From an uncultured Hyphomicrobiales bacterium (GTDB taxonomy: Bacteria; Pseudomonadota; Alphaproteobacteria; Rhizobiales; TMED25): a DNA stretch of 64,000 nucleotides. Positions within the stretch are counted from its first letter, which is position 1; each line of letters begins with the position of its first letter. Of the stretch, positions 21,727 to 30,900 are shown piece by piece. Made by a program: the position numbers and the translations under genes. The notes beneath the pieces are model-generated. The model was not told where the DNA came from. It worked only from the letters and a program-made list of their open reading frames with translations, and made no database searches. The DNA is taken from the NCBI GenBank assembly GCA_905181735.1, contig CAJIYR010000008.1:154214-218213 (forward strand). Reading direction: 5' to 3'.

Positions 21727-23209
21727 ATCTTTGCATTATATTGCAAACTTTATCTATTAAACTGCTTCTTTTTATCACCTCTTGTGCAGGACGTTTTTCA
21801 GTCCACGTTTCTCTGTCTTGAACACTATTTGATAATTTTTTGCCTTCAATTAGATCCTTGATAGTTAAAGTGCCTTCTTCTCTTTCAATAGTCCCTTCAA
21901 TTATCACCAAAGGAGAATTTCTTCTGTCTGCATATTTCATTTGCGCTTTGAGACCTGAATTACCAGTATATACTTCAGTTTTTATACCAATATCTCTTAA
22001 TTCTTTAGCCATTTTATGGTAATTAGCCTGAGCTTCCTTGTCCATAGACAATATTATTACTGGACCATAGTTCTTATCTTCTAAATTATAATTCATGGAT
22101 TTTAGGGTTGTATAGAGTCTACTTACACCGATTGAAAAACCTGTTGCAGGCATAGTATTACCGTTAAATCTAGCAACTAAATCATCGTATCTCCCACCTC
22201 CTCCAATTGAGCCAAAATTACTTATATTAGAATCGGAGTTATTATCAAATGATAGGTTAGCTTCAAATATAGGGCCGGTATAGTACCCTAACCCCCTAAC
22301 AACTGATGGATCAAAAATAATTTTTTCATCTCCATATCCCGTGTCATTCAAAAAGCTATTAATTGCAGAAAGCTCTTCAATGCCTTGCTCTCCAATAGAA
22401 CTGCCGTATACCAACTTATTCAAATTACTCAAAGTGGCTGAGCGAGAAGATTCTCCAGACTGAGTAAAGTCTATAATTCTTTTGATTTGCAGACTTTCAA
22501 GTTCAGCACCTTTAGTAAAATCACCTGATTCATCTTTCCTGCCACTTCCTAATAATTTTTCAACGCCTTCGTAACCAATTCTATCTAATTTATCTATTGC
22601 CCTTAATATTATCAGCTGTCTTTCAGCTGATATATCATCATTATTGTCGTTATTTATAACCTCAATAATAGCGTCTAGTATCTTTCTATTTGAAACCCTA
22701 ATATCATAATTTTTAGTTGGGATACCCAAATTTTCAATACAGTCAGAAGCTATCATAACCATTTCTGCATCTGCAATTGGATTGTCTGGTCCTATATTAT
22801 CTACATCCATCTGAATAAATTCTCTAAATCTTCCAGGACCTGGTTTTTCGTTTCTCCAAACACTTCCAGTTTGATAACGTCTGAATGGCTTAGGCAATTG
22901 ATCATTGTTTTCTGCAACGTATCTTGCTAAAGGTGACGTAAGATCATAACGCAATGAAAGCCATTGATCATCATCGTCAAGGAATGAAAATACGCCGGAA
23001 TTAGGACGATCATCATCAGGTAAAAATTTTCCTAGAGATTCACTAAATTCAAAAGCTGGTGTAGACAACCCTTCAAATCCATAGCTTTCGTAAACAGCTG
23101 ATATTTTTGATATAATAAGATTCGTAATACGCAATTCATCCCCTGAAATGTCTTTTTGTCCTCTTGGTAAAGAACTTTTTGGATATAACTGTTTTTTCTT
23201 ACTATTCAT
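21695..23209 (-). CDS. hisS: histidine--tRNA ligase (long alphaproteobacterial type)
   Basis: Class II motifs LRYDLTSPLARY, FREFIQMDVD and GGGGRYDDLV. 504 aa. Confidence 0.92.
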   Translation of the reverse strand: MNSKKKQLYPKSSLPRGQKDISGDELRITNLIISKISAVYESYGFEGLSTPAFEFSESLGKFLPDDDRPNSGVFSFLDDDDQWLSLRYDLTSPLARYVAENNDQLPKPFRRYQTGSVWRNEKPGPGRFREFIQMDVDNIGPDNPIADAEMVMIASDCIENLGIPTKNYDIRVSNRKILDAIIEVINNDNNDDISAERQLIILRAIDKLDRIGYEGVEKLLGSGRKDESGDFTKGAELESLQIKRIIDFTQSGESSRSATLSNLNKLVYGSSIGEQGIEELSAINSFLNDTGYGDEKIIFDPSVVRGLGYYTGPIFEANLSFDNNSDSNISNFGSIGGGGRYDDLVARFNGNTMPATGFSIGVSRLYTTLKSMNYNLEDKNYGPVIILSMDKEAQANYHKMAKELRDIGIKTEVYTGNSGLKAQMKYADRRNSPLVIIEGTIEREEGTLTIKDLIEGKKLSNSVQDRETWTEKRPAQEVIKRSSLIDKVCNIMQRYGYKENDKKY

Positions 23210-23344
23210 AATCCACCATTTTAATATTAGAAGCTTCCCAAAATTATTAATAACATCTTATTAATAATAATATATTAAAAAGCAATATTTTTTCTTGTAA
23301 AATTTCTATCGACAAATAACTTTTAAAAAAAATTATGCTATATA

Positions 23345-23359
23345 TAGAATATTAGTCTA
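23345..23359. promoter_or_regulatory. Lrp-box-like site upstream of the lrp-family gene
   Basis: TAGAATATTAGTCTA matches 14 of 15 positions of the E. coli Lrp consensus YAGHAWATTWTDCTR, which I recall from memory. It ends 96 bp upstream of the ATG at 23455. The AT-rich background makes chance matches likely. Confidence 0.25.
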
Positions 23360-23454
23360 ATTTATTCGAATTAGTATATTGATATTAGAAATATAATCTA
23401 TTATATATGATATATAAAAAATATATTCTATAATTTTAAAAGGATACCAAAAAA

Positions 23455-23964
23455 ATGATTGCTAAATTAGACAGGATAGATCGTAAAATATTAACACTAC
23501 TTCAATCTGACTGTACAATGGCAGTATCAGATATTGCATTAAAAGTTGGCCTTTCAACAACACCCTGTTGGAGGCGCATACAAAGGCTCGACAAAGAAGG
23601 TGTGATAGCAAACCGTGTTGCAATACTAAACCCTAAAAAAATAAATGCCTCAGTAACTGCCTTTGTTGCCGTTAAAACTAATGAACACAATGATAAATGG
23701 TTAAGCGAATTTAAAAGAGTGATAGATAAATTCCCTGAAGTTGTTGAATTCTATAGGATGGCAGGAGAGATTGATTATCTTTTAAGGATTGTTGTACCTG
23801 ATATAATGACATTTGATAAATTTTATAAGAAACTAATTGAACAAATTAATCTTACAGATGTATCAACAAGCTTTGCTATGGAACAAATAAAATATACTAC
23901 CGCTTTACCGTTAAATTATTCAGAAAATGTTCTTTTGGAGAATAATATCATTCATTACTCGTGA
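23455..23964 (+). CDS. Lrp/AsnC family transcriptional regulator
   Basis: N-terminal HTH (LDRIDRKILTLLQSD...VSDIALKVGLSTTPCWRRIQRLDKEGVI) plus a RAM domain. 169 aa. Confidence 0.85.
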   Translation: MIAKLDRIDRKILTLLQSDCTMAVSDIALKVGLSTTPCWRRIQRLDKEGVIANRVAILNPKKINASVTAFVAVKTNEHNDKWLSEFKRVIDKFPEVVEFYRMAGEIDYLLRIVVPDIMTFDKFYKKLIEQINLTDVSTSFAMEQIKYTTALPLNYSENVLLENNIIHYS

Positions 23965-23972
23965 TATGATAC

Positions 23973-24992
23973 CTAGCCCCCGGTTACCGACATAAATCTT
24001 GATATAGACGGTTTGTTATGCTCTCTGTCTATTATAAAGTCATGGCCTTTGGGTTTCCGACTTATTGCTTCATAAATTACATCTTTTATTAAGTCATCAC
24101 CACCACCTTCTCTTATGGGTGCCAATAAATCTGCTGCGTCTTCTTGTCCCAAACACATGTATAGCGTACCGGTACACGTGACTCTTATCCTGTTGCATGA
24201 TTCACAAAAATTATGACTTAGAGGTGTAATAAATCCTAAAATACCTCCAGTTTCTTTAATTTTAACGTATCTGGCAGGACCTCCTGTTTTATAAGGAATG
24301 TCGTTTAGAGTATATTTTTTTTCTAACGACGATCTTAGACCGCTTAGAGATAAATAATGATCAGTGCGATCACCTTCAATATCACCCATTGGCATTGTTT
24401 CTATAACAGTCATATCCATACCACCGCTATGTGCCCATTCAATGATTTTAGGAATTTCTTTATCGTTAACATTTTTAAGAGCAACTGTATTAATTTTAAT
24501 TTTTATACCTGCCTTTTGTGCTGCTTCAATTCCATTGAGAACTTTAGGCAAATTACCCCATCGTGTTATCTTTGAAAAGAGGTCTTCATTTAATGTATCC
24601 AGAGAAACATTAATTCTCTTGATATTATTTTTAGCCAAATCTTCCGCATACTTTATTAGTTGACTACCATTAGTTGTTAACGTAATTTCATCAAGATCTC
24701 CTGATTCAATATAACTAGATAATCTTGAAATAAACCACATTAAATTTTTTCTTACCAATGGTTCGCCTCCTGTTAATCTAATTCTTTTAATACCGCAAGA
24801 TATAAAAACTGAACACAAGCGATCTAATTCTTCAAGAGTAAGTAAATTTTTTTTAGGAAGAAATGTCATATTTTCAGACATACAGTAAACGCATCTGAAA
24901 TCACATCGGTCTGTAACTGATACCCGCAGATAGTCAATCTCTCTCCCAAATGGATCAATTATCTTATTATTATTAGATGATAAATTATGCAT
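23973..24992 (-). CDS. moaA: GTP 3',8-cyclase (molybdenum cofactor biosynthesis protein A)
   Basis: Radical-SAM CDFRCVYC motif and a C-terminal second cluster, [20 protein letters not shown]. Confidence 0.93.
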   Translation of the reverse strand: MHNLSSNNNKIIDPFGREIDYLRVSVTDRCDFRCVYCMSENMTFLPKKNLLTLEELDRLCSVFISCGIKRIRLTGGEPLVRKNLMWFISRLSSYIESGDLDEITLTTNGSQLIKYAEDLAKNNIKRINVSLDTLNEDLFSKITRWGNLPKVLNGIEAAQKAGIKIKINTVALKNVNDKEIPKIIEWAHSGGMDMTVIETMPMGDIEGDRTDHYLSLSGLRSSLEKKYTLNDIPYKTGGPARYVKIKETGGILGFITPLSHNFCESCNRIRVTCTGTLYMCLGQEDAADLLAPIREGGGDDLIKDVIYEAISRKPKGHDFIIDREHNKPSISRFMSVTGG

Positions 24993-25156
24993 TCTTTATT
25001 CTTATTATATTTGTTCTAATTAATTTAATTTTTAATAGGTTGAATTAGTATTATCATTATCTATTTAATTTTGATATTATTAGTAATTATTAAAAGTAGT
25101 ATGTATTATAATATATTATTTACATATAAATTAATAACAATTAATTCAAGTTAGAC

Positions 25157-25873
25157 ATGGAAATGAATATATCAAGTAAAATATACAATACCCCAAAAGA
25201 AGCTCTTAGTGGGGTACTTTTCGATGGTATGATTATTTTATCAGGCGGATTTGGTGTTGTTGGCATACCAGAAAATCTAACGCTAGAAATAAGAGATAGT
25301 AAGGTAAAAAATTTAACTGTTGTTTCTAATAATTGTGGCGTCGATGATTTCGGCCTAGGACTATTATTAAAAACAAGGCAAATTAAAAAAATGATTTCTT
25401 CTTATGTTGGTGAAAATAAATTATTTGCAGAGCAGTACTTAAATGGAGAAATAGAACTAGAATTCTCGCCCCAAGGAACACTCGCCGAAAGATGTCGGGC
25501 TGGTGGAGCTGGAATACCAGCTTTTTATACAAAAACTGGTGTAGGGACCATTGTAGCGGAAAATAAGGAAATAAAAAATATTGAAGGTGTTGATTATTTA
25601 ATGGAGAAAGCAATAATTGGAGATCTTTCGATAATTAAGGCTTGGAAGTCTGATACCAGCGGAAATTTGATATTCAGAAAAACTGCAAGAAACTTTAATC
25701 CACCGTTTGCTAAGGCAGGAAAAATATGCGTTGTTGAGGTTGAAGAGATTGTTGAAACAGGTTCTCTAGACTCAGATCACATACATTTACCAGGAATTTA
25801 TGTTGATAGGATTATCAAATGTAGCTCTTACGAGAAAAAGATAGAAAACCTTACTACAAGCGTTGGAAAATAA
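25157..25873 (+). CDS. scoA: 3-oxoacid CoA-transferase subunit A
   Basis: SGGFGVVGIPENL motif, 238 aa, followed by the B subunit. Confidence 0.85.
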   Translation: MEMNISSKIYNTPKEALSGVLFDGMIILSGGFGVVGIPENLTLEIRDSKVKNLTVVSNNCGVDDFGLGLLLKTRQIKKMISSYVGENKLFAEQYLNGEIELEFSPQGTLAERCRAGGAGIPAFYTKTGVGTIVAENKEIKNIEGVDYLMEKAIIGDLSIIKAWKSDTSGNLIFRKTARNFNPPFAKAGKICVVEVEEIVETGSLDSDHIHLPGIYVDRIIKCSSYEKKIENLTTSVGK

Positions 25874-25894
25874 TAATAAAATATTAAGGAGCAA

Positions 25895-26527
25895 ATGATG
25901 GCTTGGTCTCGAGAAGATATGTGCAGAAGGGCCGCCTTAGAATTAAAAAATGGGTTTTATTGTAACCTTGGAATTGGAATGCCTACTATGGTAGCTAACT
26001 ACATTCCAGAAAACGTAAATGTCACTTTGCATTCAGAAAATGGGATGCTTGGAATTGGTCCGTTCCCTCTGCTATCAGAAGTTGATCCAGATATCATTAA
26101 TGCAGGAAAACAAACAATTACGGAATTACCAGAATCATCTTATTTTGATAGCTCTGAATCATTTGCAATGATTCGAGGCGGTCATATAGACCTTTCAATA
26201 CTTGGAGCTCTTCAAGTCTCGGAGAAGGGAGATCTTGCAAATTGGATGATACCAGGCAAGATGGTTAAGGGTATGGGCGGCGCCATGGATCTAGTTGCTG
26301 GCGTAAAAAAAGTTATCATTCTCATGGAGCATAACGCAAAAGATGGAACATCTAAATTAGTTAAAGAATGCAACCTACCCTTAACAGGTATGAGTGTGGT
26401 TAATATGATAATTACTGATCTTGGAGTTTTCGAGATTGAAAATGAAAAAATAAAGTTAATAGAAAAAGCAAAAGATGTATCTCTAGAAGAAATTGTAAGT
26501 AGAACAGAAGCTAATATTAGTTCGTAA
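25895..26527 (+). CDS. scoB: 3-oxoacid CoA-transferase subunit B
   Basis: NLGIGMPT and the catalytic-Glu motif SENGMLG. 210 aa. Confidence 0.85.
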   Translation: MMAWSREDMCRRAALELKNGFYCNLGIGMPTMVANYIPENVNVTLHSENGMLGIGPFPLLSEVDPDIINAGKQTITELPESSYFDSSESFAMIRGGHIDLSILGALQVSEKGDLANWMIPGKMVKGMGGAMDLVAGVKKVIILMEHNAKDGTSKLVKECNLPLTGMSVVNMIITDLGVFEIENEKIKLIEKAKDVSLEEIVSRTEANISS

Positions 26528-26567
26528 ACAACAATAAGATCAGGCATATTCAGTAACAATTCAAGAA

Positions 26568-28214
26568 TTATTTATTCTTTAACATTAATGTACGATTTAA
26601 TAATATTATTGGTAAGATTCCAGTTAGAACAATAGTTAAAGCAGGTAATGCCGCATCTTCAATCGCTGATAAAGAAGCATAGGTATAAACATGCGTAGAT
26701 AGAGTATCAAAATTAAATGGTCTTAATAATAATGTTGCCGGTAACTCTTTCATTGAATCAACGAAGACTAGTAACGCAGCTGCGATAATAGCAGGCCTAA
26801 CAATAGGTAATTCAATTTTTAATAAAGTTTCTATTTGAGATTTACCTAATGTTCTAGATGCCATAGCCATATTAGGAGATAAACTTGAAAAGCCAGACTC
26901 AACTGTGCCATAAGCAATTGTTAGAAATCTTACTATATATGCGTAAATAATAGCAATGAAAGTTCCTGTGAAAATAAGACCCAGGCTAATGCCCATAAAA
27001 GAACTGAAAATATTTTGAATTAAACGATCAAAATGAATTAATGGGACCATTATACCTAATGCCAACACAACTCCGGGTAATGCATAACCAATCCGAGAGA
27101 TAGAAATAGAAATTTTTAATAATAAATTATTAGATGTATTCATACTATTTATTAAATAAATACCAATAAATACCGTCAACATTGATGCTATTGATGCTAA
27201 AAATATAGAATTAAAAACCAAATGAAAATACTCATTTAAATCAACTTCGTAATATCGCATCAAAACAAACTTTATTAAAACAAATGCAGGTGCGATAAAA
27301 CCAATCAATATTGGTACAAAGCAAACAAAAGATAGAATCCAAGCCTTATATCCAATTACGTTTATTCTATTAGGTGATAAGGAATTTTTACTATTTTGAT
27401 GAAAGGTTCTATTTTTTCTTAATTTACGTTCTAATACTATTAATGAAAAAATAAACAATAGCATGACGATTGCTATCTGCGACGCTCCACCTAAATTATT
27501 TTTTTGAAGCCAGGTTACGTAAACTCCTACAGTTAATGTGTTTACACCAAAATATTCAAGCGCAGCAAACTCATTTAAACATTCCATCAATACTAGAATT
27601 ATTCCTACTACTATTGCAGGGCGAGCCATTGGCAGTGCAATCTTATAGAAAGTTTTAAGCATCGAACAACCAAGTGTTGAGCTTGCTTCAATTAATGAAT
27701 TTGTTTGGCGCATGAAAGCCGCACGAGCTGTTAAATAAACATAGGGGTATAAAACAAATGATATAACAAATATTGCGCCACCAAGGGTGAATAAATCAGG
27801 AAACCAATAATCCTTTGAGTTATTCCAATTAAATATACTTCTCATATAAGTTTGTATAGGACCTGAATAATCAAATAATTCTCCATAGCTATAGGCAATA
27901 ATATAAGTAGGCATAGCCAATGGAATTAATAAAAGCCATTCTAATTTACTTCTAAAGGGGAATTCATATATTGTTATAATCCACGCTGACCCAACACCAA
28001 TTATAAATGATATTAAACCAACTCCGAACAACAAACCTAATGTTGTAGTAATATATCCAGGCAAGACGGTTGAAATTAAATGGGGCCAAATATTCTTTTC
28101 AGGCGTTAAAGCTAAATAAAATATTGCAATAATAGGTAAGGCAACAACTAATGCAACAAAAAGAGCCACCATAATATTCAGTAGCTCTTTTTTTCTATGG
28201 AGTATATTAAACAT
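26568..28214 (-). CDS. fbpB: Fe(3+) ABC transporter permease (fused double permease domain)
   Basis: 548 aa with about 12 TM segments and a duplicated ABC permease architecture. Downstream of the FbpA-like binding protein. Confidence 0.8.
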   Translation of the reverse strand: MFNILHRKKELLNIMVALFVALVVALPIIAIFYLALTPEKNIWPHLISTVLPGYITTTLGLLFGVGLISFIIGVGSAWIITIYEFPFRSKLEWLLLIPLAMPTYIIAYSYGELFDYSGPIQTYMRSIFNWNNSKDYWFPDLFTLGGAIFVISFVLYPYVYLTARAAFMRQTNSLIEASSTLGCSMLKTFYKIALPMARPAIVVGIILVLMECLNEFAALEYFGVNTLTVGVYVTWLQKNNLGGASQIAIVMLLFIFSLIVLERKLRKNRTFHQNSKNSLSPNRINVIGYKAWILSFVCFVPILIGFIAPAFVLIKFVLMRYYEVDLNEYFHLVFNSIFLASIASMLTVFIGIYLINSMNTSNNLLLKISISISRIGYALPGVVLALGIMVPLIHFDRLIQNIFSSFMGISLGLIFTGTFIAIIYAYIVRFLTIAYGTVESGFSSLSPNMAMASRTLGKSQIETLLKIELPIVRPAIIAAALLVFVDSMKELPATLLLRPFNFDTLSTHVYTYASLSAIEDAALPALTIVLTGILPIILLNRTLMLKNK

Positions 28215-28267
28215 AATATGTTGATATAACCCTTAAAGAAATAAATCAATAAGAAAGCAATATAAAA

Positions 28268-29311
28268 TTACTCATCAAAATTGACTAAATCAACCATTTC
28301 ACTTGCTAATGAACGATTATTTGCAACAGAAATCAATCCAAGACTATCAGGGTTTAAATTACCAAAAGATGCAACCATATCTGAGATACTAATACCCGCT
28401 TTTAATGGATACTCGTGATTAGTTTCCGCATACATCTCTTGCGCAACATCACCAGTTAACCATTCAATTAGCATGATACCGTTTTCTTTATTTGGAGCAT
28501 TCTTTGCTAGAACAGCACCTGATAGATTAACATGTGTTCCTCTATCATTGGCATTAGGCATAATAATCTTCGCTGATGCCGCCCATTCTTTTTGCTCTGA
28601 TTCTTTTTCGTTAACTCTCATTTTAGCCATGTAATAAGTATTACCAACTGAGATATCACATTCACCAGAATATATAGCTTTAACCTGGCCTCTATCATTT
28701 CCAGAAGGAGTGCGTGCTAGGTTAGATTTTAACCCCTTAAGCCATTTTATTGCATCAGCTTCACCGTGATGCGTAATCATAGATGCAATTAACGCTATAT
28801 TATAAGCATTCTGACCTGATCTGATACAAATTTTACCAGCCCATTTTGGATCTGCTAATTCTTCATACGTAATGGAATCTTGCTCAACTCTATCAACTGA
28901 TGCATATACAACACGAGCTCTTGATGTTAATCCTATCCAGTGACCATCAGGATCTCTATATTCTGCTGGTATATTTCTAGTGATTACATCTGAATTAATA
29001 GATTGACTAACTCCACTATTAACAGCATCACTTAATCTTCCTATATCAACAGTTAAAAGAACATCAGCAGGACTGCTTGTGCCTTCTTGCACCATTTTGT
29101 CAACCAAGCCTTTTCCTGAGAAGAGAACATTAACTTCAATACCGGTATCAGCTGTAAATTTATCTAACATAGGTTCGATGAGGTAAGGTTGTCTGTATGA
29201 ATAAATATTAACCTCTTTTGCACTTGAGGTTTGATATGTCATTAAAAGGATGACAAAGGCAAAAATAAACTTAGTAAAAAAATTTAACATAACAACTCCT
29301 ATAAATTTCAT
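28268..29311 (-). CDS. fbpA: Fe(3+) ABC transporter periplasmic binding protein (FbpA/SfuA-like)
   Basis: Signal peptide, with WLKGLKSN, GNTYYMAKM and NHEYPLKAG segments resembling ferric binding proteins. The start may be the internal MLNFF at 29290. Confidence 0.8.
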   Translation of the reverse strand: MKFIGVVMLNFFTKFIFAFVILLMTYQTSSAKEVNIYSYRQPYLIEPMLDKFTADTGIEVNVLFSGKGLVDKMVQEGTSSPADVLLTVDIGRLSDAVNSGVSQSINSDVITRNIPAEYRDPDGHWIGLTSRARVVYASVDRVEQDSITYEELADPKWAGKICIRSGQNAYNIALIASMITHHGEADAIKWLKGLKSNLARTPSGNDRGQVKAIYSGECDISVGNTYYMAKMRVNEKESEQKEWAASAKIIMPNANDRGTHVNLSGAVLAKNAPNKENGIMLIEWLTGDVAQEMYAETNHEYPLKAGISISDMVASFGNLNPDSLGLISVANNRSLASEMVDLVNFDE

Positions 29312-29323
29312 TTTATTGTTTTA

Positions 29324-29338
29324 GAATTGTTATAATTC
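29324..29338. promoter_or_regulatory. palindrome upstream of fbpA (candidate iron-regulator operator)
   Basis: GAATTGTTATAATTC has 5-bp inverted arms and begins 13 bp upstream of the fbpA ATG. It lies downstream of a TTGACA-17 nt-TATGAG element on the minus strand (29364-29392). Confidence 0.2.
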
Positions 29339-29406
29339 AAAAGAGCTTTGAACATAACGCAACCTCATAATTCAGTTTATGAAGTATGTCAAGAAAAGAT
29401 AAAAAA

Positions 29407-29601
29407 TTATTTTTTATTTTTTACTGATAATGCCATTCTACTGGCTGCAAGAATTTCTTCTGCAATGTCATTTGCGTCTTCTGGTAAAAAATCAACCGGC
29501 AAACTAACATCTTCATTAAATATATGAATACGAACCATACCATCGCTTGTAGGTCCTACTTGAAGGTCGCTAGGTTTATTATTTGGAGTATTAATTCCCA
29601 T
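29407..29601 (-). CDS. hypothetical small protein (64 aa)
   Basis: Intact ORF with non-biased, acidic composition (DFLPEDANDIAEEILAASRMA). Same orientation as fbpAB. I do not recognise a family with confidence. Confidence 0.45.
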   Translation of the reverse strand: MGINTPNNKPSDLQVGPTSDGMVRIHIFNEDVSLPVDFLPEDANDIAEEILAASRMALSVKNKK

Positions 29602-29732
29602 TTTTTTTCACTTTATAAAAAATTAAATTTACAACTAAATGTAATTTACTATAAGTTGCTTTATAAGAACAACTATTTTAAAAAACTTTACTTTATTTAA
29701 AATTCTAAGTAGAAAAGATTGTTGAAAAATAT

Positions 29733-29809
29733 GCCGCCTTAGCTCAGCTGGTTAGAGCACTAGTTTGTGGAACTAGGGGTCCCCCGTTCGAACCGGGGAG
29801 GCGGTACCA
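29733..29809 (+). tRNA. tRNA-His (GTG), atypical: no G-1, G1-U72, A73, encoded CCA
   Basis: Manual cloverleaf: acceptor GCCGCCT/AGGCGGT, D stem GCTC/GAGC, anticodon stem CTAGT/ACTAG with loop TTGTGGA, T arm CCCCG-TTCGAAC-CGGGG, discriminator A, CCA. Base -1 is T. Confidence 0.93.
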
Positions 29810-29878
29810 ATCTTTATTCACTTTTCCAAATCAGTAATATTAAATAATATAAAAATCCTATTATTTTTGAGTCACTTC

Positions 29879-30235
29879 TTACAACTGAAAAATATTCTCT
29901 TTGACGATAGTCCAAATTAAAAAAGCAGAAAAACCACTAATTAAAACCATAACAAGATACACCCCACTTATAACAACATGTGCATCACCAGTTTCTTCAT
30001 TCCACCAATCTTCGTTTGGAGAGCTAGTAGAATCTTTTTTCTTAAGTTTATCAGGGAAAATCTTTCTCAAAGAATATACATATACGTAACTAAAGAGAAT
30101 CACGGCAGCTATATAACTAAATGATTTAGTTTGAATTGGGTTAGTCCAAGCTAGAGTCGTTATAGCCCAACCACATATTCCTGCCACACCAATTCTTTTG
30201 TAGATTATCGTCAGTATATTCATATTTCTAACCAC
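29879..30235 (-). CDS. hypothetical membrane protein (118 aa, about 3 TM)
   Basis: Hydrophobic segments GVAGICGWAITTLAW, YIAAVILFSYVYVY and VVISGVYLVMVLISGFSAFLIW. No family recognised. Confidence 0.5.
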   Translation of the reverse strand: MVRNMNILTIIYKRIGVAGICGWAITTLAWTNPIQTKSFSYIAAVILFSYVYVYSLRKIFPDKLKKKDSTSSPNEDWWNEETGDAHVVISGVYLVMVLISGFSAFLIWTIVKENIFQL

Positions 30236-30617
30236 AGACCCTATTAATAAAACCGATATTCTTGCAAATCATATGTCACTACTTTTCGAAGAAATCAAAA
30301 TCAATATCATAAATTTTCATAGATGATATTAAATCATTAAATATAATAATATATTTTAACCGAATGTAAAAGAATCAATATCTACAATTCTTCAATATTA
30401 TTGAAAGCATCATGCCAGTATAATCATATATAATAATTTTTCTAACATGTAAATTTTTTCTTAGCTGTATTCTCTATCTATTTTTTAACGATAGATTACA
30501 ATCTTAAGGTGCTCGTTCGAATACCCAATAATATATTCTTTTATTTATATCTTGAAAAAATGTCATCACTGAATATGATGCTCAAAAAGTATTAATTAAT
30601 TTAACAGGAATAGTCTT

Positions 30618-30881
30618 ATGAATGATACAGAAGTGCGCTCACCTTGTATAAATGTATGCAAGAATGATCCCATAACCGGATATTGTTATGGATGCGGAAG
30701 AACTAACGATGAAATAAAGTCATGGAACAAAGAAGATCTAACGAATGAATGGAAAGAAGAAAATATAAAAATATCAAGTAATAGATTAAGTGGCTGGCAA
30801 TTGGAATCTTTCAAAAAATCTTATGCTAATAAAATTTTAACAGGAAAATCCCTAATAAGAGAGCAGAAGTTTAAGGAATAA
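30618..30881 (+). CDS. DUF1289 domain protein (Cys-rich, putative Fe-S/metal binding)
   Basis: SPCINVCKNDPITGYCYGCGRTNDEIKSWN matches the DUF1289 Cys pattern. Confidence 0.75.
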   Translation: MNDTEVRSPCINVCKNDPITGYCYGCGRTNDEIKSWNKEDLTNEWKEENIKISSNRLSGWQLESFKKSYANKILTGKSLIREQKFKE

Positions 30882-30900
30882 TTTTAAAATAATCCTGACA

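Noticed and set aside
24993-25156. A possible Moco riboswitch upstream of moaA.
   Set aside because: The spacer is almost pure A/T and lacks the GC-containing conserved helices expected of the Moco RNA motif.
30500-30525. A tRNA-like fragment (ggtgctcgttcgaataccc) considered as a possible att-site remnant of tRNA-His.
   Set aside because: Only an 8-nt CGTTCGAA core is shared with the tRNA-His T-loop. There is no flanking stem identity and no integrase. This is compatible with chance.
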